This document shows, in pieces, positions 16,294-24,302 of a stretch of 37,400 nt of DNA. This DNA is from Candidatus Pacearchaeota archaeon (GTDB lineage Archaea; Nanobdellota; Nanobdellia; Pacearchaeales; UBA284), in NCBI GenBank assembly GCA_018304245.1, contig JAGVWO010000001.1:1-37400 (forward strand). The letters are read 5' to 3'. Each line of letters begins with the position of its first letter. Position 1 is the first letter of the stretch. Both the position numbers and the translations under genes were made by a program. The notes below the pieces were generated by a model. The model did not search any database. It saw only the letters and a list, made by a program, of their open reading frames with translations, and was not told the origin of the DNA.

Positions 16294-17085
16294 TTATTTT
16301 AAAACTGAATGGGCAGATTCGATATATCTTCTAACTTTCTTAAGATTTAATAAATCATCACCATATGCGGGAGTAATTTTATCCCGTAATCCACCTTCAG
16401 CATCAATACAGAAGTTCTTGTTACCAATTCCTTCAATTAGTTCTCTTGTCTTTAAAGAAACATTTTCGCCTGTAAAACCACCAGCAAAACCAATTATTAG
16501 GTTAGGACATTGTTCCATTAACTTAGAATATAAGCTAATGGATGAATCCAAATCAAATTCTAAGCCCCTACCGCCAGAGGGATCAATAAGGACGTAATTT
16601 ATCAAATTTCCGTATTCTTTAATCCCTTTTGTTATTTGGGTTGGTGTTTTTCCATCCATTGCCCTGTGCGATGCTTGAAAAACAATTTGCATATCTGGAT
16701 ATTTTTCTTTTATTTTGGTAACCTGGTTAATATTTGGCCAAACAATATTTAATTGAATTGCTCTGCATAAATCGGTTTCATAAATTTCGTTAAATATTTT
16801 AAAAACCTGGTCGGATAATGAATCAGGTTCCTTTGAATTATAATGGACCATGGTTAAAACCTTGCCCCCTGTTGCTTGCAATAATTTTGGCAAATCTCTT
16901 ATTGGGGGATACCTTCTATTTTGAGTTGATTGCTCATTTAATGTTTTGTAACTTACCAAAAATCCAAGCATCGGAATGTGTGGGGTCTCCATAGAATATT
17001 CTTCTTCAGAAAACTTCCTGCAGATATCTTGTGTTTCCTGAACATTAACCGGACCAGTTATTCCCACATAAGGTTTTATTGTCAT
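16294..17085 (-). CDS. TIM-barrel protein resembling phosphoribosylanthranilate isomerase (TrpF-like)
   Basis: VGITGPVNVQE, IQLNIVWP, VLIDPSGGRGLEFDLD, GFAGGFTGENV and CIDAEGGLRD parallel the TrpF landmarks (ICGIT, QLHG, LLD..GG.G..FDW, LAGGL..ENV, DVSSGVE). No other trp genes are in the window. Confidence 0.4.
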   Translation of the reverse strand: MTIKPYVGITGPVNVQETQDICRKFSEEEYSMETPHIPMLGFLVSYKTLNEQSTQNRRYPPIRDLPKLLQATGGKVLTMVHYNSKEPDSLSDQVFKIFNEIYETDLCRAIQLNIVWPNINQVTKIKEKYPDMQIVFQASHRAMDGKTPTQITKGIKEYGNLINYVLIDPSGGRGLEFDLDSSISLYSKLMEQCPNLIIGFAGGFTGENVSLKTRELIEGIGNKNFCIDAEGGLRDKITPAYGDDLLNLKKVRRYIESAHSVLK

Positions 17086-17142
17086 AACTATTTTGGAGAA
17101 TGTTTAATTATAAATCTTTTGTCTAGAACAACCAAGATATTT

Positions 17143-17760
17143 TCAGTTCCCAAAAACAATTTCATTAACTTCTCTCTTTATATCAAACCAAACATCTTTG
17201 ATTTCTCTACTAGAATCAATGATTTTTATGTTGTCTTTTAAGAATTGGGGAATTGCTAGGAATTTTCTTCTAACTTCTTTTAGAATTTTTTCCTTTTCAA
17301 AATAAGCCATCTTTTCTTTGGTTTTTTCATATTTGTATTTTACCCTCGCAATTCCTATTTTTTCATCTACATCAAGAATAAAAACAATGTCTGGCTTGAT
17401 GAATTGTTCAGAATAAGCTTGCCATTTTTTTGGTTCAAGCTGATAGGCAAGAGTACTATAATAATATCTGTCTAAAATTACAATCTTTCCGTTGTTTAGG
17501 GATTCTTTAATTGTTTTTTCAGATTCTTTTCTATTCTTAGTAAAAAGCTCAACCCATTTATTAGTTTTAACTTTGTTGGAGTCTCTTTTTCTGAGCATTG
17601 ATTCAATTAATTTCCCAGTATCTGAAGATTCATTTGGCTCGCTTAAATAAAAAACCTCCCGACCATGTTCTTTTAAATAATCTAGGAGAAGTTTAGATAT
17701 TGTCGTCTTTCCAGAACCATCTATCCCATCTAAAACAATAATCGCCCCTTTCTTTAACAT
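17143..17760 (-). CDS. tmk: Thymidylate kinase
   Basis: P-loop IVLDGIDGSGKTT, a DRYYYST motif and the expected size of about 200 aa. Confidence 0.85.
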   Translation of the reverse strand: MLKKGAIIVLDGIDGSGKTTISKLLLDYLKEHGREVFYLSEPNESSDTGKLIESMLRKRDSNKVKTNKWVELFTKNRKESEKTIKESLNNGKIVILDRYYYSTLAYQLEPKKWQAYSEQFIKPDIVFILDVDEKIGIARVKYKYEKTKEKMAYFEKEKILKEVRRKFLAIPQFLKDNIKIIDSSREIKDVWFDIKREVNEIVFGN

Positions 17761-17801
17761 CTTTAAGATATGTTTTTAAATTCCTTTTAATTTATAAAGA
17801 T

Positions 17802-18092
17802 ATGGATAAAAAAACAGATATAATCTGCGATAAGAGACTTAGTAAATACTTTGCCATTACTGAAAAAGCCCTATCAATTATAAAAAAGAATATTGTTAAG
17901 GGAAAAGAAAAAGAAGCCAAAGAAATCATAGACATGGCCTCTGCTTATGTTTCGGATGCACATTATTTTAAGGAAGAAAAACATTATGTAAATGCCTTTG
18001 CAGCATTAAATTATGCACATGGTTGGATAGATACAGGAGCAAGACTGGGTATTTTTGATGTTACAGATAATCAATTATTTGTAATTAAATAA
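17802..18092 (+). CDS. DUF357-family protein
   Basis: ASAYVSDAHYFKEEKHYVNAFAALNYAHGWIDTGARLGIFDV matches the conserved core of archaeal DUF357 proteins. Confidence 0.55.
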   Translation: MDKKTDIICDKRLSKYFAITEKALSIIKKNIVKGKEKEAKEIIDMASAYVSDAHYFKEEKHYVNAFAALNYAHGWIDTGARLGIFDVTDNQLFVIK

Positions 18093-18213
18093 AAATATGG
18101 AAAAAAGGCATCCTGAAGGGTAAAAGATGCACAAATAATTGATAATTAATAATTACTCGCGGTTTATCGCCATATTGCCTTCGGGGCGAAAAATTAAAAG
18201 AATATAACATAAT

Positions 18214-18813
18214 ATGGAAAATAAGTTATTTTTTATAGGAAAGAAAGATAAATATATCGAGAATATAGCAAAAGATAAAGGTTATTCGAAGATTTTTTTT
18301 ATAAAAGAGATTAATTCTATAGATAATCTGGAATATGTCGAAAGTGAAAAATATAATTCTTGTTTAATCAATATAGGGGATATTGAGAAATTAAGGAGAG
18401 CAATTGATAAGGCAGAAAATAAATTTGAATTTATTTTTATCTTGGGTTTGGATGATCAGATTAATCGGATTGCCTTAGAAAATCGTAAGGTGGCTGGTTT
18501 AATTTCTCCAGAATTTAATCGAAAATTTGACTACACCCATTATAGGAATTCTGGATTAAATCATGTTTTAGTTAAAATAGCAAAAGAAAACAAAAAACTC
18601 ATAGTTCAAGATCTTTCATTTATGCAAGGCACATTAGACAAAAAAATAAGGGCGCAAATTTTGGGAAAAATATTACAAAATTATAAACTTGCAAGGAAAT
18701 ATAAATTAAATGAACTTTTCATATTGACATTCATTGCATGGTCTGATAAGGAAATTAAAAAATTTGCAGATGTCAAAGAATTTTACGAGGGATTTTTGAC
18801 AGAGATAAAATGA
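18214..18813 (+). CDS. RNase P protein component 3 (Rpp30)-like PHP-fold protein
   Basis: INRIALENRKVAGLISPEFNRK...SGLNHVLVKIAKENKKLIV...RAQILGKILQNYKLARKYKL parallels the archaeal Rpp30 layout (I...E.GVD.IISP..NRK..G.DHVLAK......R...L......L..KYK). Confidence 0.5.
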   Translation: MENKLFFIGKKDKYIENIAKDKGYSKIFFIKEINSIDNLEYVESEKYNSCLINIGDIEKLRRAIDKAENKFEFIFILGLDDQINRIALENRKVAGLISPEFNRKFDYTHYRNSGLNHVLVKIAKENKKLIVQDLSFMQGTLDKKIRAQILGKILQNYKLARKYKLNELFILTFIAWSDKEIKKFADVKEFYEGFLTEIK

Positions 18814-19034
18814 AAAAATATGACCGAGATCAAGCAGAAAAATATACACGGGTTTTTGGAAAATTAGTAGATTTACATGATTTATATGTTGCGAACAAAA
18901 GAGAGATTAAAGAAAAAGATAAAAAAGAAATAGAAAACCTATTTGATGATTTAAGAGATATTCCAGAAGAATTAAAAATAAAAAAATTCAAACAACAATT
19001 AGAAGAACTTGAACAAGAATATAATCGAAAATAA
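18810..19034 (+). CDS. Hypothetical charged coiled-coil protein, 74 aa
   Basis: ATGA start/stop overlap with the upstream gene. It is K/E-rich with heptad-like periodicity and has no recognisable motif. Confidence 0.4.
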   Translation: MKKYDRDQAEKYTRVFGKLVDLHDLYVANKREIKEKDKKEIENLFDDLRDIPEELKIKKFKQQLEELEQEYNRK

Positions 19035-19035
19035 A

Positions 19036-19389
19036 ATGATGGATTTAAGAAATTACAAACAAAGATTACTTGAAACATATGATTTAGAAATAGATAGAAT
19101 CATCAAAGAAATAAAAAAGAATAAAGCAAAACTTGTTTGTTTACAATTTCCAGAAGGATTAAAAGCAATTTCTCCAGAAATTGCAATTGAAATAGAAAAG
19201 AAAACAAACTCTAAGGTTTTAATCTGGCTTGATACCTGTTTTGGGGCTTGCGATACGCCATTAGGTCTAGATACCCTAGGAAATCAAAGATTTCCTGGGT
19301 CCAGAAAAAGTAAAACTTTTTCTCGGGAACTTGGCGTCGACATATTGATTCAATTTGGCCATGCACCGTGGGATGAGAGAAATAAATAA
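19036..19389 (+). pseudogene. dph2: Truncated diphthamide synthase Dph2: N-terminal about one third only (remnant or split-gene fragment)
   Basis: YDLEIDRIIKEIKKNKAKLVCLQFPEGLKAISPEIA...DTCFGACD...GVDILIQFGHA matches the Dph2 domain-1 landmarks (LQ.PEGL, YGACD, D.LIH.GH). The ORF stops 7 codons later, at about 117 aa against about 330 aa for archaeal Dph2. The start is at ATG 19036, 1 nt after the upstream stop. Confidence 0.6.
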
Positions 19390-19425
19390 AGAATTTATTT
19401 AAATGAATTAGTTTAATTATAATTT

Positions 19426-19899
19426 ATGAAGCAATCAATAAGAAAGGGTTTTAGTTTCGGTTTAACTTCTGGAATAATTACAACCCTTGGTTTAATTGTT
19501 GGTTTATATTATGGTACCCAGTCTACTTTAATTGTTATTGGAGGTATTCTTGCAATAGCAATCGCTGATGCGATGTCTGATGCACTGGGGATTCATATCT
19601 CTGAAGAATCTGAGAACAAACATTCTGTAAAAGAAATATGGGAATCAACAATTTCGACCTTCCTATCGAAGCTTGTTTTTGCATTGACATTTATCATCCC
19701 AATTATATTTTTAGAACTTTCTATAGCAATTGTTGTTTGTGTCATATGGGGATTAAGTTTGATGGCAATCTTTAGTTATTATATGGCTAAAAAACAAAAC
19801 ATAAAACCCTATAAGGTTATTTTAGAACATTTAATTATAGCGATTATAGTTATTATTATAACTTATTATGTCGGAAATTGGATAGCAACTTTCGGTTAA
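19426..19899 (+). CDS. VIT1/CCC1-family-like membrane protein (short form, membrane domain only)
   Basis: GLTSGIITTLGLIVGL and IAIADAMSDALGIHISEESE resemble VIT1 motifs (G.NDGL...L..G and A.SMA.GEY.S..SE). There are 4-5 hydrophobic helices. Confidence 0.45.
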   Translation: MKQSIRKGFSFGLTSGIITTLGLIVGLYYGTQSTLIVIGGILAIAIADAMSDALGIHISEESENKHSVKEIWESTISTFLSKLVFALTFIIPIIFLELSIAIVVCVIWGLSLMAIFSYYMAKKQNIKPYKVILEHLIIAIIVIIITYYVGNWIATFG

Positions 19900-19945
19900 G
19901 CCTTTAAGAAAATAGTTTTTTATACTTCAAAAACATAAAATTATT

Positions 19946-20998
19946 ATGCAAGAGTTGGATGGAAAAAAGAAGGTATTGGATTTTTTATGCTTTTTGTTAT
20001 TCCTTTATTTATTCATCTTTTCTTTAGTTTTAATTAAATTTTCTTTCACTGAAGTTGGGGAATATATTCTTCAGATAACAAGAGATAACATAAGTGAAAT
20101 AAATGCTCTAGGTTTTGGTTGGCTCTTAGCTTTAATAATGCAATCAAGTGGGGCTGCAACATCTGCTTTATTAGCTATGAATTTTGCCGGAATTATTGGG
20201 CCAATAGTTTTGATTTATATGGTTATTGGGACAAGAATAGGTACAACATTAACTGCCCTTTTTGTTTCTTTATTTATTTCTGCAAAAAGAAGAGATTTTA
20301 GACACGGATTTGAAATTGGATTAGCCAATCTTGTTTACGCCCTCCCGATTGCTATTTTTATGTTTTTACTCGAATATTTCTTTTCCTTTTTTTCCAAAAT
20401 GGGCAATTATTTTATTGTTTTAGGAGTTCCATTCAAAATTACTTTTATCGAGAATATAACTATGCCCTTAATCAAGCTAATAACATTTATCCCAGAATAT
20501 TTACTAGCTTTTTTAGGAATTTTCCTTTTGATATTTAGTCTTAAAAAAATGCCTGTTTTTATGATGCGTTTATGGGGGGAAGATTATATTCGAAAAAAAA
20601 TTAACAAATATTTTAAAAAGAAACACTTTTCCTTTTTTATAGGGTTTTTAATTGCTGTTTTTTTGACTTCTACGAGCATAACAATTGCCTTGCTTATTCC
20701 TTTAATTATTTCAAGGATCATTAATTTGAAAAAAGTTATCCCATACATTATTGGAACTAATTTAGGCGGGGTTGTTGATGCAATTATCGGAGGATTGGTT
20801 ATAGGTGAAACATCTATCCCTGCAATATTCACCTATGTTTCATTTAGTCTTATTGGTTTATTTTGGCTTTTTAATACTGATTTGATGTTTAAAATAACTA
20901 AATTTATCTCAAAAAGAACGCTCAAAATATCTAAGAAAAGAGCTATTCTCTTTGTTTTATTTTTTATTTTATTGGCTGTTTTTTTAAGTATCATTTAA
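19946..20998 (+). CDS. Na+/phosphate cotransporter family (NptA / Na_Pi_cotrans-like) membrane protein
   Basis: LALIMQSSGAATSALLAM...GTRIGTTLTALFVS and a second half-repeat IIGTNLGGVVDAIIGG resemble the duplicated QSSSA...GANIGTT signature. Confidence 0.55.
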   Translation: MQELDGKKKVLDFLCFLLFLYLFIFSLVLIKFSFTEVGEYILQITRDNISEINALGFGWLLALIMQSSGAATSALLAMNFAGIIGPIVLIYMVIGTRIGTTLTALFVSLFISAKRRDFRHGFEIGLANLVYALPIAIFMFLLEYFFSFFSKMGNYFIVLGVPFKITFIENITMPLIKLITFIPEYLLAFLGIFLLIFSLKKMPVFMMRLWGEDYIRKKINKYFKKKHFSFFIGFLIAVFLTSTSITIALLIPLIISRIINLKKVIPYIIGTNLGGVVDAIIGGLVIGETSIPAIFTYVSFSLIGLFWLFNTDLMFKITKFISKRTLKISKKRAILFVLFFILLAVFLSII

Positions 20999-21144
20999 CT
21001 AATCATTGTGTTTTATGGATAAAAATTTTAATTTTTTAATTATTAAAATAAATTAATAAATTTATCAACGGGCTAATACTATTTTTAAGAGAAAGATTTA
21101 AAAGTTTATAAGAGTATTAATTGATATATTCAAAAGAGGAGACC

Positions 21145-22611
21145 ATGGTTACATCAAACCCCAAAAAACTACTTAAAACGCTTAATCCAAAACAGCAAGC
21201 TTATGTAAATTTGAATTTACCCGATCCTCGAAACGGGGAATATCTTCTCGCGGTTTTTCATTTAGTATCCGGGGGAAAATTAAATATTTTGCAAGCTGCA
21301 ACTGAAATTGCAGCAGAATCTTCTACAGGTACAACATTTAAGGTAAATACCGAAACCCCTTTTTCTAGAGAAATGAATGCTCTTGTTTATCAACTCGATT
21401 TAAAGAGAAATCTTGTTTGGGTTGCTTACCCTTGGAGACTTTTTGATAGAAGAGGAAATGTGCAGAATATTCTAACATATATTGTAGGGAATGTTCTTGG
21501 AATGAAAGAGGTGAGCGCTTTAAAATTATTAGATGTCTGGTTCCCACCCGCAATGCTTGAACAATATGATGGTCCAAGTTATACTCTTGATGATATGCGA
21601 AAATACCTGAACGTCTACAAAAGACCAATTCTTGGAACAATTATAAAACCAAAAATGGGATTAACTTCAGCAGAATATGCAGAAGCCTGTTATGATTTCT
21701 GGGTTGGTGGGGGAGATTTTGTTAAAAACGATGAACCACAAGCAGATCAAGATTTTTGCCCATATGATAAAATGGTAAAACACGTTAAAGAAGCAATGAA
21801 TAAGGCAGTTAAAGAAACTAAAAAGAAAAAGATTCATTCATTTAATGTTTCAGCAGCAGATTTTGATACAATGATTAAAAGATGTGAAATGATTAGAAAT
21901 GCTGGTTTTGAACCAGGAAGTTATGCATTCTTAATTGATGGAATAACAGCAGGTTGGATGGCTGTACAAACTTTAAGAAGAAGATATCCTGACGTGTTTA
22001 TACATTTCCATAGGGCTGGACATGGGGCATTTACAAGACTAGAAAACCCCCTAGGTTTTTCAGTATTGGTTTTGTCAAAATTTGCAAGATTAGCTGGGGC
22101 TTCTGGAATACACACAGGTACTGCAGGTGTTGGAAAAATGCAAGGTTCTCCTGAAGAAGATGTTGTTGCTGCACATAATATTTTACATTTTAAGGCCAAA
22201 GGACATTTCTTTGAACAAGAATGGGCAACAATACCAGAGAAAGATAAAAATGCAATAAACCTTGTTCAGAAAGATATTGCACACCAGGCGATTTTAGAAG
22301 ATGATAGTTGGCGAGGAATGAAAAAATGTTGTCCAATTGTTTCTGGGGGTTTAGATCCAACCTTATTAAAACCATTTATGGACATAATGGGAAACACAGA
22401 TTTTATTACAACAATGGGTGCAGGATGCCATGCTCATCCAGGGGGAACTACGGCTGGAGCAAAAGCATTAGTTCAAGCATGTGAAGCATATGAAAAGGGA
22501 ATTGATATTAAAAAATATGCAAAAAAACATAAGGAATTAGCCGAAGCCATAAAGTTTTTTTCAAAAGGAAAAAGAGAAATAAAACGATCAGAAAGCACAG
22601 AAAGGGGTTAA
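21145..22611 (+). CDS. rbcL: RuBisCO large subunit, form II/III-like
   Basis: GTIIKPKMGL, GGGDFVKNDEPQADQDF (KNDE as in form II rather than the KDDE of form III), IHFHRAGHGAF, GIHTGTAGVGKMQGS and PIVSGGLDP. At about 488 aa it is longer than typical form III. I prefer the ATG at 21145, preceded by GAGGAG, over the track's TTG at 21121. Confidence 0.92.
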   Translation: MVTSNPKKLLKTLNPKQQAYVNLNLPDPRNGEYLLAVFHLVSGGKLNILQAATEIAAESSTGTTFKVNTETPFSREMNALVYQLDLKRNLVWVAYPWRLFDRRGNVQNILTYIVGNVLGMKEVSALKLLDVWFPPAMLEQYDGPSYTLDDMRKYLNVYKRPILGTIIKPKMGLTSAEYAEACYDFWVGGGDFVKNDEPQADQDFCPYDKMVKHVKEAMNKAVKETKKKKIHSFNVSAADFDTMIKRCEMIRNAGFEPGSYAFLIDGITAGWMAVQTLRRRYPDVFIHFHRAGHGAFTRLENPLGFSVLVLSKFARLAGASGIHTGTAGVGKMQGSPEEDVVAAHNILHFKAKGHFFEQEWATIPEKDKNAINLVQKDIAHQAILEDDSWRGMKKCCPIVSGGLDPTLLKPFMDIMGNTDFITTMGAGCHAHPGGTTAGAKALVQACEAYEKGIDIKKYAKKHKELAEAIKFFSKGKREIKRSESTERG

Positions 22612-22720
22612 TTTCTTAGATTTTGAAGAAGAGATAACTTCTTACAAGGATTTACACAAATATTATTTTATATGAAGATTCTCAGAAGGATTTCTTACTC
22701 TTTTAGTATTTTAAAGATAA

Positions 22721-23305
22721 TTATAATTTAATCAGACGATGGATTTTATGTTTTAATTTATCATAAACACAAACATTTGAAACTTCAAATTCCTTTGGTA
22801 CACTATATTTATTAATCAATTTCAAAATCCTTTCTTTATCTTTAAAATCATTTAATTTCACAATAGTCATATGTGGACGATAATACTTAAAATAAAAGGG
22901 TAGTTGATATTTTTTTATCATCTCTTTTTGTTCATTATTTAATTCACATTCAAAATTAATTATTCTTGGAGTAGAAACATATTTTTGAGAAATCTTAACA
23001 GCTTTTTCATGTAACATTTGAAGATAATCATTATTTTGAATAATAAACACAACATGTCCTCTTTGAAAAACTTCAACACCCTTTATATTGAGTTTTAAAG
23101 GTTTAGATTTCGATATTTCCCCTTGGTATTCTTTAATAAATCCACTAATATTTTCTGAAAAGAAGTCTTCCCTTAAGGTAATATGTGGTGGAATGCTTGG
23201 AAGTTCAGTAATATCTGTAAAATCATCCCTCATGCGAGAAATTAGATTTCCAAGAGGTTCATCGGGTAACAAAACAAGAGCATACATCCCTTCCATATAA
23301 TCCAA
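22721..23305 (-). CDS. 2H phosphoesterase superfamily protein (LigT/ThpR-like 2',3'-cyclic phosphodiesterase / 2'-5' RNA ligase)
   Basis: It has two H-x-T-x motifs (PPHITLRE and RPHMTIVK) at the expected spacing. Confidence 0.7.
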   Translation of the reverse strand: MDYMEGMYALVLLPDEPLGNLISRMRDDFTDITELPSIPPHITLREDFFSENISGFIKEYQGEISKSKPLKLNIKGVEVFQRGHVVFIIQNNDYLQMLHEKAVKISQKYVSTPRIINFECELNNEQKEMIKKYQLPFYFKYYRPHMTIVKLNDFKDKERILKLINKYSVPKEFEVSNVCVYDKLKHKIHRLIKL

Positions 23306-23401
23306 TAAATTTTATTTTATTTTAAATCTTTCTGTATTAGAATGGAACCCCCCTCTATTTTATTCAACAAACTTTTTAAGTTCCTTTTTCCATATTTTAC
23401 C

Positions 23402-24013
23402 ATGAATTTTCAAGAAGCTCAGCAATTATTGAAGGAATATGTACACAAACCAGAAATCTTGATGCATTGCCTGGAAGTTTCCATAATCATGCGGTTTTTG
23501 GCTCGTGAATTAGGAGAAGATGAAGAAAAATGGGCAATTGCTGGATTACTTCATGATATAGATTATGAATCATGCTTGAAAACAGAGGACTGTTTTCGGC
23601 ATCCCGAAAGCTCTGAGATTTCGCGATTTTCAAGTTTAGAGGAACATGCAAAAAAAGGAGCTGGAATAATCAAGCAAAAATATCCTAAAATCGAGGAAGA
23701 TATAATTCATGCAATTCTTGCCCATAATGAAGAACATACAAAAACAAAAAGAGAAAACAAATTCGATTTTGCTTTAGCTGCAAGCGATAATATTTCTGGA
23801 ATGATTTTTGCATATGGATTAATGAGAAAATCTCTTGAAGGCATGGAAGTTAAATCATTAAAAAAGAAGATGAAAGAAAAAAGCTTTGCATCAACAGTAA
23901 GAAGAGACTTAATTTATGATATTAATAAGGGCAATATAGATTTAGATAAATTTCTAGAAATTGCAATAAAAGCGATGCAAAGCATCGCTAGAGAAATTGG
24001 ATTTGGGAAATAA
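23402..24013 (+). CDS. HD-domain phosphohydrolase (COG2316-like) carrying a 25-codon in-frame insertion
   Basis: EAQQLLKEYV...LMHCLEVSIIMRFLARELGEDEEKWAIAGLLHDIDYE ... EEHAKKGAGII...IIHAILAHN...KSLKKKMKEKSFA follows the family layout. The start is taken at MNFQEAQ (23402). Confidence 0.75.
   Translation: MNFQEAQQLLKEYVHKPEILMHCLEVSIIMRFLARELGEDEEKWAIAGLLHDIDYESCLKTEDCFRHPESSEISRFSSLEEHAKKGAGIIKQKYPKIEEDIIHAILAHNEEHTKTKRENKFDFALAASDNISGMIFAYGLMRKSLEGMEVKSLKKKMKEKSFASTVRRDLIYDINKGNIDLDKFLEIAIKAMQSIAREIGFGK
23570..23644 (+). other. 75-nt GC-richer, hairpin-rich, codon-phased insertion within the HD hydrolase gene
   Basis: It is flanked by the near-identical direct repeats GAATCATGC (23567-23575) and GAACATGC (23642-23649). 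The terminal inverted repeats are CTTGAAAA (23575-23582) and TTTTCAAG (23627-23634). Internal hairpins are GAAAACAG-agga-CTGTTTTC (23578-23597) and TCGG-catc-CCGA (23596-23607). Confidence 0.4.
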
Positions 24014-24014
24014 A

Positions 24015-24302
24015 ATGAAAAAACAAAAAACACGGGAACCAACCCATTTTGAATTAAGTGTTTATAAAATAACTTCTAAAATTCCAAAAGGTAAGACCAT
24101 GACTTATGGGGAAATAGCAAAGAAACTAAAAACTAGCCCGAGGGCAGTTGGTCAGGCATTAAAAAGAAATCCATTCGCCCCAAGAGTCCCATGTCATAGG
24201 GTAATCATGTCTGATGGGGGTCTAGGTGGATTTTCTGGAAATATTAAGAAAAATATTGAAATTAAAAGAAGATTGTTGATAAAAGAAGGGACAATCAAAT
24301 GA
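24015..24302 (+). CDS. ogt: Methylated-DNA-protein-cysteine methyltransferase, short form (C-terminal catalytic/DNA-binding domain only)
   Basis: Active-site VPCHRVI, with upstream TYGEIAKKL...PRAVGQALKRNP. The start is at ATG 24015, just after the upstream stop. Confidence 0.8.
   Translation: MKKQKTREPTHFELSVYKITSKIPKGKTMTYGEIAKKLKTSPRAVGQALKRNPFAPRVPCHRVIMSDGGLGGFSGNIKKNIEIKRRLLIKEGTIK

Noticed and set aside
21145-22611. Reading the RuBisCO gene as evidence of Calvin-cycle autotrophy
   Set aside because: There is no phosphoribulokinase and there are no other CBB genes nearby. Form II/III and III enzymes in archaea are established to work in nucleotide salvage. The reduced-genome context makes autotrophy unlikely.
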